DNA of 64,000 nt from Calditrichia bacterium. Its GTDB lineage: Bacteria > Calditrichota > Calditrichia > RBG-13-44-9 > J075. The DNA is taken from positions 68,128 through 132,127 of the forward strand of contig JANQQU010000065.1 of NCBI GenBank assembly GCA_028284905.1. Direction: 5' to 3'. This document shows, piece by piece, positions 28,491 through 39,995 of the stretch (its first letter is position 1; each line of letters starts with the position of its first letter). The position numbers and the translations under genes are program-made. The notes beneath the pieces are model-generated. The model ran no database searches, had not been told where the DNA came from, and saw only the letters and a list, made by a program, of their open reading frames with translations.

Positions 28491-31133
28491 ATGAACCTGG
28501 ATAAATTTACCGTTAAAGCCCAGGAAGCACTAACCAACGCCCAACAATCTGTCATTACCCTCGGGCAGCAGCATCTTGAACCGGAGCATGTGCTGTTGGA
28601 ATTACTGCAGGATAATGAAGGGTTAATCAATACACTTTTCAAGAAAATCGGCACCGATGCCGGCTTAATAAAACGTCGCCTGGAAAGCGTCATAGAAAAA
28701 TTTCCGAAAGTCTATGGCACCCCTGGTCAGGTGTACGCCTCTCCCAACTTTAATCAAATGATCAACTACGCCAATAAAGAAGCGGCGGAGTTGAAAGATG
28801 AATTTGTTTCCACCGAACATCTCTTCTTAAGCATTTTTAAAGTAACGCAATCCGAAGCCAGCCGCCTCTTGAGTGCCAATGGCCTAACGAGAGAAGTGAT
28901 TCTCCGCGCACTGGTCGAAATTCGTGGCAACCAGCGGGTAACCGATCAAAATCCGGAAGGCAAATATCGCGCGCTGGAAAAATATGCCCGGGACCTTACC
29001 GAGCTGGCATTACAGGGGAAGCTCGATCCGGTCATTGGTCGCGATGAAGAAATTCGCCGGGTGCTGCAGGTACTTTCCCGTCGCACAAAAAACAATCCGG
29101 CATTGATCGGTGATCCCGGCGTGGGAAAAACAGCGGTCGTAGAAGGCATCGCTCAACGGATCATCAATGGTGATGTGCCTGAATCGCTTGGTGATAAACG
29201 CATTGTTGCCCTGGATTTGGGGGCGCTGATTGCCGGTTCCAAATTTCGCGGCGAGTTCGAAGAGCGCCTGAAAGCAGTGTTGAAAGAAGTACAAAATTCT
29301 GATGGACAAATTGTCCTTTTCATCGATGAAATCCACACCCTGGTTGGTGCCGGGGCAGCGGAAGGATCGATGGATGCTTCCAATATGCTCAAACCATTGC
29401 TGGCGCGGGGAGAGATTCATTGTGTTGGTGCAACAACCATCAACGAATACCGAAAGTATATCGAAAAGGATGCTGCATTGGAAAGACGCTTCCAGCCAAT
29501 CCTGGTTGAAGAGCCGTCCGTTGAGGACACAATTTCCATGCTGCGTGGTTTGAAAGAAAAGTATGAAGTGCATCATGGTGTAAAAATTACCGACGCGGCG
29601 ATTATCTCCTCAGCAACCCTTTCCAACCGCTATTTAACCGATCGTCGTTTGCCAGATAAAGCGATTGATCTTATCGATGAGGCGGCAGCGAAACTGCGCA
29701 TCGAAGTTGATTCGATGCCGGAAGAACTGGATGAAACCGAACGCCGCATCAAGCAGCTGGAAATCGAACTGGTTGCCCTGAAAAAAGAAAGTAATAAGGA
29801 GACCCAGGAGCGCCTGAAAAGCCTCAAGCAGGAACTGGCAAATCTCGGCGAAGAGCGTGACCACCTACAGGGCCATTGGCAGCTGGAAAAACAAACCATC
29901 CAAAAGATTCGGGAAAACAAAGCAGAAATCGAACAGCTTCGTCTGGAAATGGAAAAGATGGAGCGGGAAGGTAATCTCGACCGGGTTGCAGAGATCAAAT
30001 ACGGAAAAATTCCCGAACGGGAAAAAGATATTGAGGAATGGACCCGCAAACTGCAAATGATCCAGAAAGAAGTGAAAATGCTCCGGGAAGAAGTCGATGA
30101 AGAGCAAATTGCCGAAATTATTTCCCGCTGGACGGGTATCCCGATTTCCCGAATGCTGGAGAGCGAGCGGGAAAAATTGCTGAAAATTGAAGACCGTTTA
30201 TCGGAGCGGGTGATTGGTCAGGGAGAAGCGGTGAAGGAAGTCGCCAATGCGATTCGCCGCAGCCGGGCCGGATTGTCCGACCAAAAACGCCCTATCGGCT
30301 CTTTCATCTTTCTCGGCCCAACTGGTGTCGGTAAAACCGAATTGGCCCGGGCCCTGGCGGAATTTCTCTTTGACGACGAAAATGCGATGGTGCGGATCGA
30401 TATGTCCGAGTATATGGAACGGCATTCCGTTTCCCGGCTGGTCGGTGCCCCTCCCGGCTATGTGGGATATGATGAAGGTGGACAGCTCACGGAAGCCGTT
30501 CGTCGCCGTCCTTATTCGGTAGTGTTGCTGGATGAAATCGAGAAAGCTCACCCGGAAGTATTTAATGTGCTGCTTCAGGTGCTGGAAGATGGCCGATTGA
30601 CTGATAGTAAAGGCCATACCGTCAATTTTAAGAATACGATCATCATTATGACTTCAAATATTGGTGCACACCTGATTCTGGAAAAATCCCGCCACGTGAC
30701 CGATCAAAACCGGGAAGAAATTTTCTGGGAAATTCAGGAAGAAGTTATGAATCTGCTGCGGCAAGAACTGCGACCGGAATTTTTAAACCGGATCGATGAA
30801 ATTATTGTTTTCCACAGCCTGATGAAAGAGCACATTCGGAAAATTGTTGATCTGCAGATGAAAAATCTGAAAGGTCAACTGGCGGAACAACGCATCAATA
30901 TTGTCCTCAGCGATGAGGTGAAGGATCATCTGGCCCAAATCGGATACGAGCCTTCATTTGGTGCAAGGCCGCTCCGCCGGGTAATTCAACGAAAAATTAC
31001 CGATGCCCTTGCGAAAGAAATTCTCAGTGGTAATGCCCGCAAGGGACAAACAATTCACGTCAAATACGACAACTATCAAATACTCTTCGAAGTGATTGAT
31101 AGCGTAAAGAAGAATGGTGTTACTGTCGAATAA
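28491..31133 (+). CDS. clpB: ATP-dependent chaperone ClpB
   Basis: Two AAA domains ([16 protein letters not shown]), coiled-coil middle domain, GAPPGYVGY; start at MNLDKFT. Confidence 0.96.
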   Translation: MNLDKFTVKAQEALTNAQQSVITLGQQHLEPEHVLLELLQDNEGLINTLFKKIGTDAGLIKRRLESVIEKFPKVYGTPGQVYASPNFNQMINYANKEAAELKDEFVSTEHLFLSIFKVTQSEASRLLSANGLTREVILRALVEIRGNQRVTDQNPEGKYRALEKYARDLTELALQGKLDPVIGRDEEIRRVLQVLSRRTKNNPALIGDPGVGKTAVVEGIAQRIINGDVPESLGDKRIVALDLGALIAGSKFRGEFEERLKAVLKEVQNSDGQIVLFIDEIHTLVGAGAAEGSMDASNMLKPLLARGEIHCVGATTINEYRKYIEKDAALERRFQPILVEEPSVEDTISMLRGLKEKYEVHHGVKITDAAIISSATLSNRYLTDRRLPDKAIDLIDEAAAKLRIEVDSMPEELDETERRIKQLEIELVALKKESNKETQERLKSLKQELANLGEERDHLQGHWQLEKQTIQKIRENKAEIEQLRLEMEKMEREGNLDRVAEIKYGKIPEREKDIEEWTRKLQMIQKEVKMLREEVDEEQIAEIISRWTGIPISRMLESEREKLLKIEDRLSERVIGQGEAVKEVANAIRRSRAGLSDQKRPIGSFIFLGPTGVGKTELARALAEFLFDDENAMVRIDMSEYMERHSVSRLVGAPPGYVGYDEGGQLTEAVRRRPYSVVLLDEIEKAHPEVFNVLLQVLEDGRLTDSKGHTVNFKNTIIIMTSNIGAHLILEKSRHVTDQNREEIFWEIQEEVMNLLRQELRPEFLNRIDEIIVFHSLMKEHIRKIVDLQMKNLKGQLAEQRINIVLSDEVKDHLAQIGYEPSFGARPLRRVIQRKITDALAKEILSGNARKGQTIHVKYDNYQILFEVIDSVKKNGVTVE

Positions 31134-31229
31134 CATTAAAATTTTTTACCTCAAGAAACTTCCGGGAAACTCCGGGCGTAGAAAACGTGACGTTTTAAAT
31201 ACAGGTAATAAACTGAGAGGAAATGAAGA

Positions 31230-32747
31230 ATGAGTAGAAAAACCTGGAATGGATTTAGTATAGTTCTGGTAGCGGCAGGTATTTTGATTGGGATGATTCT
31301 GGCCTCCGGACTGGGACTCACCGGGAATGTAAATGCAGATTACCCGGCACCTTTGGAAGAAGCCGGTGGCGAAAATAACGCCAACGGTAACAATGACTTT
31401 AACCCTAATGCAAGTATTATCGCATTAAGCAATGCCTTTGCAGACGTCGCTGAAAAAGTGAATCCGGCAGTAGTGACCATTTCTACGGAAACTACCGTAA
31501 ACACCCGTAACAACTATCGTGGCACTCCGCTGGAGTATTTTTTCCGTCGTATGCCGGAAGACTATAAGCAGCGCGGCCTTGGTTCCGGTGTGATTATCGA
31601 CAGTCAGGGTATTATCGTCACGAATAATCATGTGATTGAAAATGCCGACGATATCTATGTGCGACTGATTGATGGCCGGAAACTGAAAGCAACCGTTAAA
31701 GGCACCGACCCGCGTACGGACCTGGCAATTATTACTATCGATGCATCTGATCTACCTTACTTGCAGCTCGGTAATTCCGATGATGTGCGGGTTGGCGAAT
31801 GGGTCCTGGCTCTGGGATCTCCCTTGGAAGAAGATTTTCATCATACCGTAACTTCCGGCATCGTCAGCGCTAAAGGGCGTACCGGTGTTGGGCTCACACA
31901 GTACGAAGACTTTATTCAGACTGATGCAGCGATCAATCCCGGTAACAGCGGGGGCGCACTGGTAAATCTGAAAGGTGAGCTCATTGGCATCAACACTGCA
32001 ATTGCCAGTCGCTCTGGTGGTAGCATCGGTATTGGATTTGCCGTTCCGTCTAACCTTGTAAATAAAGTGAAAAGCGATATCTTGAACAAGGGCAGGGTCG
32101 TTCGCGGCTGGCTCGGCATCGAAATGGATCTGAATGGCATTAGTCCGGAATTGGCTGAGATGTATAATCTGGAGACCAATGAAGGTGTAATGATCAGCGC
32201 GATTACTGAAGACGGACCTGCTGAAAAAGCTGGATTAGAACCGGGTGATATCGTTACCAAAATTGACGATAAAAAGATTCGTAATTTCACCGAGTTGAGC
32301 ACCCGGGTGGGTTCCACCGAACCGGGTACGGAACTCTCGTTTACGGTGAACCGTGAAGGCCGGGAGTTAGTGAAAAAAGTTGTGCTTGGAGAATTTCCGG
32401 AAGACGACCGTCTTCTCGCCAACCAGCGCCGTAATGGGCAAGGTGGTGCGAACACACTCCGTAATCTCGGTATTGAAGTACGCGATCTGAACGACAATCT
32501 CCGCAGTGCCTATGGACTGCGTGCGCGGGATGAGGGCATCATCGTAACCTCGCTGATGCAGAACAGTGTTCTGGAACAGGCAGGTATCCAGGAAGGGGAT
32601 TTGATTATGAAAATTAATCGCCAATATGTGGAGAACACGACTGATTTCCGGAATGCCCTTGGCGAACTATCTCCCGGTTCTGCGGCTGTTTTATACATCA
32701 AACGAGATGATCGCCGGCGGGTGATTGATTTTGTAATGCCCAGATAA
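31230..32747 (+). CDS. HtrA/DegP/DegQ serine protease with two PDZ domains
   Basis: GSGVII, TNNHV and DAAINPGNSGG motifs. Confidence 0.94.
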   Translation: MSRKTWNGFSIVLVAAGILIGMILASGLGLTGNVNADYPAPLEEAGGENNANGNNDFNPNASIIALSNAFADVAEKVNPAVVTISTETTVNTRNNYRGTPLEYFFRRMPEDYKQRGLGSGVIIDSQGIIVTNNHVIENADDIYVRLIDGRKLKATVKGTDPRTDLAIITIDASDLPYLQLGNSDDVRVGEWVLALGSPLEEDFHHTVTSGIVSAKGRTGVGLTQYEDFIQTDAAINPGNSGGALVNLKGELIGINTAIASRSGGSIGIGFAVPSNLVNKVKSDILNKGRVVRGWLGIEMDLNGISPELAEMYNLETNEGVMISAITEDGPAEKAGLEPGDIVTKIDDKKIRNFTELSTRVGSTEPGTELSFTVNREGRELVKKVVLGEFPEDDRLLANQRRNGQGGANTLRNLGIEVRDLNDNLRSAYGLRARDEGIIVTSLMQNSVLEQAGIQEGDLIMKINRQYVENTTDFRNALGELSPGSAAVLYIKRDDRRRVIDFVMPR

Positions 32748-32774
32748 TCCTTTTAAGCAAATTTTTTAGAATTG

Positions 32775-32806
32775 GAAAGCGCATTCTTCGGATGCGCTTT
32801 CTTTTT
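32775..32806 (+). terminator. intrinsic terminator after the htrA-family gene
   Basis: GAAAGCGCAT-TCTTCGG-ATGCGCTTTC followed by TTTTT. Confidence 0.85.
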
Positions 32807-33178
32807 GTACAAACTACTTTGTGAAAAAAATATTATTAATTGGCATTGCTGAAAATTCTATGTAATATAAAAAGTGCTATCAGTACATCCGGGCGAGTGG
32901 GCGGCCGGATCATTTCAAAATACTACAATTAGTTTCGCCAGAAATTAACACTTTAGCGAGAGAACTAACCGTTCCCGGTTCAGTTTCAATTGTGGGGTAT
33001 CCTTACTTATTTAAGTTCCTAAATTTAGTTGTTTCAATACTGTATCAACATTTTAAAAAATGTTGATGGTCGGACAATTGCCATTAATTGTGAAATGCAT
33101 AAGTATATATGTTAGACCAGCTAAATAATCCGAAAAGGTGGCTTTGGTTTCAAATCGTAAATTTTTCAGGAGGTGTGT

Positions 33179-34180
33179 ATGAGTATTTTCGTGATGACAT
33201 TGGCACGGCATATTATTGAACAGGAACGCAAATTTCCACAGGCAACCGGGGCATTTACCAAGTTAATCTCCGATATTGCACTGGCAGCAAAAGTAATTTC
33301 GCATCATGTGAACCGGGCTGGCCTGGTGGACATTATCGGCTCTATCGATAACCAAAATGTATTTGGGGAACAGCAGCAGAAGCTGGACGTTTTTGCGAAT
33401 GAAGCGTTAATTCGTTCATTACGCTTTGGGGGAACCCTTTGTGCCATGGCATCCGAAGAAAATGAAGACTACATTGCAATCAGCGACGAATTTCCCCGGG
33501 GAAAATACATCTGTGTCTTCGATCCGCTGGATGGTTCGTCGAATATTGACGTAAATGTAAGTATCGGGACGATCTTCAGTATTTTTCGCCGGACTTCCCC
33601 GGATGAAAGTCCGGTTACTAAAGAAGATCTACTGCAACCGGGATATTCCCAGGTCGCGGCCGGGTATGTGGTGTACGGATCCAGTACGATGTTGGTATAT
33701 ACCACCGGCACCGGCGTTCATGGGTTTACCCTGGATCCTTCCTACGGTAGTTTCATACTTTCCCATCCGAAGATTAAAACGCCCCGAAAAGGCGCGATTT
33801 ATAGCGTGAATGAAGGTAACTATAATTTATGGGACAAGAATGTTCAGCAGTATGTGAACTGGGCGAAGCGTTCTGAGAGTGGCATGAAGAGCCGTTACAT
33901 TGGATCGCTGGTTGCCGACTTCCATCGCAATTTACTGAAAGGCGGCATTTTCCTTTATCCGGGTGATTTGAAAAATGCGAAAGGAAAATTACGGCTATTA
34001 TATGAAGCCAATCCACTGGCATTTATCATCGAGCAGGCCGGTGGCCGCGCCAGTAACGGCAAAGAACGAATTATGAATGTTCAACCGATGGAATTGCACG
34101 AAAGAACACCGTTGATTATTGGCAGTAAAGATGACGTAACGGTTGCAGAAGAATTTTTTCAGGGCAAGCATCAGGGGTAA
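33179..34180 (+). CDS. fbp: class 1 fructose-1,6-bisphosphatase
   Basis: DPLDGSSNID, RYIGSLVADFHR and GKLRLLYEANP motifs; AGGAGG RBS before ATG 33179. Confidence 0.95.
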   Translation: MSIFVMTLARHIIEQERKFPQATGAFTKLISDIALAAKVISHHVNRAGLVDIIGSIDNQNVFGEQQQKLDVFANEALIRSLRFGGTLCAMASEENEDYIAISDEFPRGKYICVFDPLDGSSNIDVNVSIGTIFSIFRRTSPDESPVTKEDLLQPGYSQVAAGYVVYGSSTMLVYTTGTGVHGFTLDPSYGSFILSHPKIKTPRKGAIYSVNEGNYNLWDKNVQQYVNWAKRSESGMKSRYIGSLVADFHRNLLKGGIFLYPGDLKNAKGKLRLLYEANPLAFIIEQAGGRASNGKERIMNVQPMELHERTPLIIGSKDDVTVAEEFFQGKHQG

Positions 34181-34236
34181 ACATCCCCATTTCCTGAAAA
34201 ACAGCCTGTATAAGGCTTATAGCATTGGTAGCATCC

Positions 34237-34269
34237 AAAAAAGGGTTGATTTCATCAGCCCTTTTTTTT
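34237..34269 (+). terminator. bidirectional-type terminator after fbp
   Basis: AAAAAAGGGTTGAT-TTC-ATCAGCCCTTTTTTTT. Confidence 0.8.
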
Positions 34270-34371
34270 AACATGATGTGCTATTTTCAAGTGGGCTCTA
34301 AAGCATGAATCTGCTGTTGGCAAGATTGCCAAACAGTTGAAAGCGTTAATCATTTAGCAGCAAGGAAGATC

Positions 34372-35769
34372 ATGGATAAAATACTTGTAAAACAACTCTG
34401 GAGAGATCCAAAAACTTATATTGGAAAAACGGTTCACGTAACCGGCTGGGTTCGCACCCTGCGTAGTTCGAAAAATTTTGGATTTATCGAAATTAATGAT
34501 GGTAGTTTCTTTAAGAATGTTCAGGTCGTTTTTGATGATCAACTGGACAATTTTGCAGAAATTGGCAAATTTACGATTGCTTCATCTCTCTCAATTGAGG
34601 GGACAGTAGTAGAATCCCAGGGCGCCAAACAGCCTTTCGAAATTCAGGCGAGCAAGGTAACCCTGGTGGGGGCCTCCGATCCGGAGTATCCGCTACAGAA
34701 GAAGCGTCACTCTTTCGAATACCTGCGGACCATTGCCCACCTGCGTCCGCGCACCAATACTTTTCTGGCAGTCTTCCGAGTGCGTTCAATACTGGCTTAT
34801 GCCATTCACCAATTTTTCCAGGAGCGGGATTTCGTTTATACACATACCCCGATAATTACCGGCAGTGACTGCGAAGGCGCCGGAGAAATGTTTCGGGTAA
34901 CCACACTCGCCCCGGACGGCACACCGAAAAAAGACAGTGGGGAATTCGATTATACAAAAGATTTTTTCTCCAAGGAAACCAATCTGACAGTCAGTGGCCA
35001 ATTAGCGGTAGAAACGCATTGTATGGCCTTCCGCAACGTATATACTTTTGGGCCGACTTTTCGGGCGGAAAATTCCAACACTGCCCGCCATGCATCGGAG
35101 TTTTGGATGATCGAGCCGGAAATTGCTTTTGCCGATCTTAATGATGATATGGATCTTGCGGAAGATATGACCAAATACATCCTCAATTTTGTGCTGGAAA
35201 AAGCCCCGGAAGAAATGGAATTTTTTGCCCGCTGGATCGATAAATCGAAGCAACTGATGCAACGCCTGGATAATGTGATTAACTCGGAATTTGCACGTAT
35301 TACCTATACTGAAGCAATTGAACATCTTGGAAAGGCGAAGCAGTCGTTTGAGTATCCGGTGAGTTGGGGCAGTGATTTACAGACTGAACATGAGCGTTAC
35401 CTGACTGAGAAAGTGTTCAAAAAGCCGGTATTTGTAACGGACTACCCGAAAGAGATCAAAGCATTCTACATGCGCATGAACGACGATAATAAAACTGTGG
35501 CTGCCATGGACTTGCTAGTGCCCGGTGTCGGTGAATTGATCGGCGGTAGCCAGCGTGAAGAGCGGTATGATGTCCTCCTGAACCGTATTCGCGAAATGGG
35601 CCTCGATGAAAAAGATTACTGGTGGTATCTCGATACTCGTCGCTATGGTAGTGTGCCTCACGCTGGTTACGGACTTGGTTTTTCCCGGGCGATTATGTAT
35701 TTAACCGCGATGGAAAATATCCGGGACGTCATTCCTTTTCCAAGAACGCCGAGAAATGCGGATTTTTAA
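34372..35769 (+). CDS. asnS: asparagine--tRNA ligase
   Basis: OB-fold start [35 protein letters not shown] and PFPR motifs. Confidence 0.96.
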   Translation: MDKILVKQLWRDPKTYIGKTVHVTGWVRTLRSSKNFGFIEINDGSFFKNVQVVFDDQLDNFAEIGKFTIASSLSIEGTVVESQGAKQPFEIQASKVTLVGASDPEYPLQKKRHSFEYLRTIAHLRPRTNTFLAVFRVRSILAYAIHQFFQERDFVYTHTPIITGSDCEGAGEMFRVTTLAPDGTPKKDSGEFDYTKDFFSKETNLTVSGQLAVETHCMAFRNVYTFGPTFRAENSNTARHASEFWMIEPEIAFADLNDDMDLAEDMTKYILNFVLEKAPEEMEFFARWIDKSKQLMQRLDNVINSEFARITYTEAIEHLGKAKQSFEYPVSWGSDLQTEHERYLTEKVFKKPVFVTDYPKEIKAFYMRMNDDNKTVAAMDLLVPGVGELIGGSQREERYDVLLNRIREMGLDEKDYWWYLDTRRYGSVPHAGYGLGFSRAIMYLTAMENIRDVIPFPRTPRNADF

Positions 35770-36242
35770 TGATTGCTGGTAAACGGCAGAAAATTATCGG
35801 TGTAATCGGCGGGCGGCAATGCTCGGAAGAACATTATGAGATGGCCGAAACGGTTGGCCGTCTTATCGCCGAAGCCGGCGGTATCGTTCTTTGTGGCGGT
35901 GCCGGTGGCATTATGGAGGCAGCCTGCAAAGGCGCCGCGGCGGGCGGCGGCACTTCGGTTGGGATTTTACCCGGCAAACTGCTGACAGATGCTAACCCTT
36001 ACGTGACTATTCCAATTGCAACCGGTATGGGGATTGGCCGGAATATTATCATCGCCCAAACTGCCCAGGCTTTGATAGCCGTCAATGGTAGTTATGGTAC
36101 ACTTTCCGAAATTGCCTATGGGCTGCAGCTAAACCGCCCGGTATTTACCTTACAATCCTGGGATGAAATTTCCGGGGTAAAAACCGTCGCCAGCCCGGAA
36201 GAAGCAGTTCAGAAAGCTTTTAAAGCAGTAAAAAATCGTTAG
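35769..36242 (+). CDS. TIGR00725/LOG-family Rossmann-fold protein
   Basis: CGG.GGIMEAACKGA, TGMGIGRN and GSYGTLSEIA motifs. Confidence 0.88.
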   Translation: MIAGKRQKIIGVIGGRQCSEEHYEMAETVGRLIAEAGGIVLCGGAGGIMEAACKGAAAGGGTSVGILPGKLLTDANPYVTIPIATGMGIGRNIIIAQTAQALIAVNGSYGTLSEIAYGLQLNRPVFTLQSWDEISGVKTVASPEEAVQKAFKAVKNR

Positions 36243-36258
36243 AATAGAAGGACCTTGT

Positions 36259-36540
36259 ATGGCGGGAAGTACAGCCTTTAAAGCCATTGTGCGCGGCACA
36301 GTGCAGGGCGTTGGCTTTCGTTATTTCACTATGCGCCAGGCACAAAAATTGGGCGTAACCGGCTATGTTCGAAACCTGCCCAATGGTGATGTAGAAGTTT
36401 GCGCCGAGGGTGATCAGGAAACGTTAATTTCATTACTGGCGGCAGTTAAGCGGGGACCATTAGGAGCGTATGTGCAGGATGTAAATGTTGACTGGCAAAA
36501 CGCCAGCGAACAGTATCCGGATTTCCGCATCACCTATTAA
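36259..36540 (+). CDS. acyP: acylphosphatase
   Basis: GTVQGVGFRY and GYVRNLPNGDVE motifs. Confidence 0.94.
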   Translation: MAGSTAFKAIVRGTVQGVGFRYFTMRQAQKLGVTGYVRNLPNGDVEVCAEGDQETLISLLAAVKRGPLGAYVQDVNVDWQNASEQYPDFRITY

Positions 36541-36627
36541 AAGTTAGTGACGGAAATAGTTGGTCGCCGATTATACAACAGCGCATAAATTAGCACGGCA
36601 AATATATTCAACCCTTGAGGAGCGATC

Positions 36628-37149
36628 ATGATTGAATTTGAATCTCACATCCGTAACGTGCCGGATTTTCCAATCAAAGGCATTCAATTTAAGGATATTA
36701 CCACTTTATTAAGTGATGGCGAAGTTTTCTCGAATGCTGTCGACTATATGTATGATCACTTTCGCAATGCCGAGATTACCAAGATAGTCGGTATCGAATC
36801 ACGAGGATTTATCTTTGGTGCAGCGCTTTCCTACAAATTAAACCTCGGTTTTATTCCGGTGCGTAAGCCGGGGAAATTACCGGCAGATACCCTGGTGGAA
36901 GAATATCAACTGGAGTATGGTAAAGACAGTCTGGAAATCCACATGGATGCTTTGGGGAATGATGACCGGGTGCTGATTGTCGATGATCTACTGGCTACCG
37001 GTGGCACCGCAGCTGCAACCTGCAATCTCTGTGAACGTTTGGGCGCAAAGGTCTTAGGATTAGCATTCCTGATTGAGCTGGTCGATTTAAACGGCCGGGC
37101 AAAACTGGAAGGGCAGGATGTTCAGGCATTAATCAAATATAGTGGGTAA
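36628..37149 (+). CDS. apt: adenine phosphoribosyltransferase
   Basis: PDFP..GI.FKDIT, RKPGKLP and VDDLLATGGT motifs. Confidence 0.95.
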   Translation: MIEFESHIRNVPDFPIKGIQFKDITTLLSDGEVFSNAVDYMYDHFRNAEITKIVGIESRGFIFGAALSYKLNLGFIPVRKPGKLPADTLVEEYQLEYGKDSLEIHMDALGNDDRVLIVDDLLATGGTAAATCNLCERLGAKVLGLAFLIELVDLNGRAKLEGQDVQALIKYSG

Positions 37150-37151
37150 TT

Positions 37152-37496
37152 TTATTGCTGTCCGGTTGAATCCGGCACTGTATCCAACTTTACTTCCAGA
37201 AATAGTATTACGTGGCCGGTATAAATTTCTCGGTAAATTATACCGGTTTCTTTTAATACTTTCGGCATTACCTCCCTGAATGGCTGGCGTTGAATATGCG
37301 TCGTCACTACTATACTATCCACGATTTGATCCATGTAAGAAAAGGTCTTCTGAAAGTGAATGCCGATGTCCCCAATTACTTTTTTTAAGGGGGTATCAAT
37401 ATAACGCGCTGACATTAGCGGACCGTCACTATCCTGCTTAAAAAATCCCCCCGCCAGCAATATGCCGATTAAAAATAATAATACAGGTCTGATCAT
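37152..37496 (-). CDS. small exported protein, STN/FecR-C-terminal-like domain
   Basis: Signal-like N-terminus; DTPLKKVIGDI...FSY...VT..I...F.EV..KVL..TGI.Y pattern; GGAGG RBS. Confidence 0.55.
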   Translation of the reverse strand: MIRPVLLFLIGILLAGGFFKQDSDGPLMSARYIDTPLKKVIGDIGIHFQKTFSYMDQIVDSIVVTTHIQRQPFREVMPKVLKETGIIYREIYTGHVILFLEVKLDTVPDSTGQQ

Positions 37497-37625
37497 CTTA
37501 TACCTCCGGGCTATTGATCCTTTCCCGTATTACACTTGTAAATGAAAATTCCCCGATAGGGATTTAAGAGAAATGTATTGCCGTAATTCAAAGCGGTGAA
37601 AAGGGGGAGGAGTGAGTGGCGAAAA

Positions 37626-38231
37626 TTAACGAGAGTAATCCAGTAATGCCTGGCGCAGAAGCTTCAAGGATTTGCCAATATGACTTTCCACCGTCTTGAT
37701 ACTGATATCCAGGCGGGCAGCAATTTCTTTATAGGACAAATTTTCCATTCGGCTTAACTGGAAAACGATTCTGCTTTTTTCCGGTAAATGATTTATCGCT
37801 GATAAAATGGCCTCATCGAATTCTACCTGCTCAAGCAGTTGTTCCGGTGAGCTTTCCGCTAAATTCTCGGAAAATAAGCGGGTATTCTCTTGATGCTTGC
37901 GAACGATTTTCGAATGCCGTATATGGTTCAGCGTAAGATTGTTCGCGATGGTATACAGATAGGATTTTATCGAGCGCCCCGGTTGAACATCGCTGCGATT
38001 TTCCCATAGCTTCACAAATACTTCCTGGGTGATGTCTTCTGCAGTATCAGCATCGGCAAGTTTGTAACTGACAAAGCGGTGAATTGGCCGGTTAAATATA
38101 TCAAACAGTTTCCGAAAGGCAGAGACATCGGACATGCGCAGTTGACGAGCCAAATCCGAAAGCTCTTCTGCGGAAACGGTTAGCAGCAGAAATAAAAAAA
38201 GAATTGTTGTAGACAGAAGAAAAATGATCAA
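37626..38231 (-). CDS. ECF sigma-70 factor (FecI/Bacteroidota expansion type)
   Basis: AEDITQEVFVKLWE, SYLYTIANN and LSYKEIAARLDISIKTVESHI motifs. Confidence 0.92.
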   Translation of the reverse strand: MIIFLLSTTILFLFLLLTVSAEELSDLARQLRMSDVSAFRKLFDIFNRPIHRFVSYKLADADTAEDITQEVFVKLWENRSDVQPGRSIKSYLYTIANNLTLNHIRHSKIVRKHQENTRLFSENLAESSPEQLLEQVEFDEAILSAINHLPEKSRIVFQLSRMENLSYKEIAARLDISIKTVESHIGKSLKLLRQALLDYSR

Positions 38232-39244
38232 GCCCCGGCCCCATCCGGTTTTTCCACACTGCTTCTTAAATGACGAAGTGTCAATCCTTCTCTAAACAAA
38301 TAGCCAATGCCCGCTACGGTAATCGGTACGTACTGAGTGATGTTGAAAACCAGCGAACAGCCAACAGCATCCACTTCGCTGAAACCAAAATAACCCATCG
38401 CAAGAATAAATGCAATCTGCGTCGTCCCAAAATGACCCGGCGCTGCCGGTACTGATACACCAAAAGCGAGAAAAACCACTACAACAATTGATACTAACCA
38501 GAGGCTATTTTCTACCGGATTGATATAAGGATACCATTTCAATATGATGTAAATTGTGAAGGCCATATGCAGCCAAATGAGCATCGATTTCCCTACCAGC
38601 GGCAGTAAAATACTGCGATCTTTAAAAACGTTCAGGCCGTGGAGAAAAGTCATAACATGGTCGTGAGTCGCCAGGCGGATTTTTTCCGGCAAACGGTTAA
38701 TCCAATTTATTAACCAAACCCGTAAGCGGCTTTCCGGGGTAGATAGAAGTATCAGGACCAGTATCAACAGAATGGTTGCGAGTCCGATAAGTACGCTAAG
38801 CATTTTATAAGCCGGGTCGATGGGGGCAATTCCGAGCACCAGGATCAACATCGTGATTAAGGCGAAGCTGTCCAGCAGGCGTTCGATGATCACTGTCGCA
38901 AAGGCAGATACGCTGCTAATATTTTCCTTGCGGCCAAGCACATAGGGTTTGATAACTTCCCCGGCGTGTGCCGGTAAAACATTGTTTGCCATAAAGCCGA
39001 TCATGGTACAACTAAAAATCGAGGTGAGGGAAATTTTCTTCAACGGATTCAGCAAAATACGCCAGCGCCAGGCGCGCATCCAGATGGAAAAAACCGCATT
39101 GGCACAACAAATAAACAAGATAAGCCAGCTGATACTGGAAAGGGATTGCCAAAGGTTCTCCCATTCGATATTACGAAAGGCCAGGTATAGTAAGATAAAA
39201 CTGATGAGGAAAGGAATAATCGTTTTGGAGAGGTGCTTTTTCAT
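38228..39244 (-). CDS. lysylphosphatidylglycerol-synthase TM / flippase-like (UPF0104) membrane protein
   Basis: RAWRWRILL, NNVLPA.AGE, ERLLD and VPAAPG motifs. Confidence 0.88.
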   Translation of the reverse strand: MKKHLSKTIIPFLISFILLYLAFRNIEWENLWQSLSSISWLILFICCANAVFSIWMRAWRWRILLNPLKKISLTSIFSCTMIGFMANNVLPAHAGEVIKPYVLGRKENISSVSAFATVIIERLLDSFALITMLILVLGIAPIDPAYKMLSVLIGLATILLILVLILLSTPESRLRVWLINWINRLPEKIRLATHDHVMTFLHGLNVFKDRSILLPLVGKSMLIWLHMAFTIYIILKWYPYINPVENSLWLVSIVVVVFLAFGVSVPAAPGHFGTTQIAFILAMGYFGFSEVDAVGCSLVFNITQYVPITVAGIGYLFREGLTLRHLRSSVEKPDGAGA

Positions 39245-39421
39245 GAGGGCTATTTACTGATTCTTAATGTTGAGAATTCATATAAACTGCAGATTCCGGA
39301 ACCTTATCGATCTCTAATTTACATAACTTTTAAACGGATGTATCACAAATATTTAGGTTTTTAATGGAAATAGGAAAATATGAAAAATGGAAATGGAGGA
39401 GGGGAATGGTAAGTAATGGTG

Positions 39422-39904
39422 CTAAGGATGCACCTCAGGCATTTCCTGACGATAAATCTCTTCGCCGATTCGGTAGAGACCGCTATCATTTTCCAGCAGG
39501 TAATTGAGGAAAGATTCCCGGTCGGCCGGGGAAATCTGCACTTCATTCTGAATACCACCGGAAGCTTTATATTGAATATGCAGCAGTTGTTGCGACAATG
39601 CCGGCCGGACGCCGCTGGACCATTCACTCTCTTTACTCGCGCGGATATGAACGATATTTTTCAACGGTATTTTCCAACGCAGCGGCCATTGGCGGATGAA
39701 CAAAATATTAGCGGATACTTCATACTGCAGGGAGCTGATGAGAGATTGAAGAAAAAGGCCGGTGAGAATAATGAATCCTGCAACGAATCTACCTGTCAGC
39801 GTATTCATTTCCCAGAACATGTAGGTGCCAAGTGCTATGGTGAATAAACTGCATGCAGTGATGATCGCAATCGGAAGAGTGTCTTTTTTCGGTGGAAAAT
39901 GCAT
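39422..39904 (-). CDS. bacterial PH-domain membrane protein
   Basis: Two N-terminal TMs; IPLKNI, PALS..L.I.Y and ISPADRESF motifs. Confidence 0.75.
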   Translation of the reverse strand: MHFPPKKDTLPIAIITACSLFTIALGTYMFWEMNTLTGRFVAGFIILTGLFLQSLISSLQYEVSANILFIRQWPLRWKIPLKNIVHIRASKESEWSSGVRPALSQQLLHIQYKASGGIQNEVQISPADRESFLNYLLENDSGLYRIGEEIYRQEMPEVHP

Positions 39905-39995
39905 GGGCTGTCACTGTTTTAAAGTCGCTTAAAATGTTGAGTTACAAATAAGGCTTAGCGGATTCCGCAGTTTTTTTGAAAATTTGTCTGAGTGA

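Noticed and set aside
33110-33155. Possible c-di-GMP riboswitch before fbp
   Set aside because: It has a GAAA-like loop but lacks the GGCAAA...GACGCAAAGC consensus.
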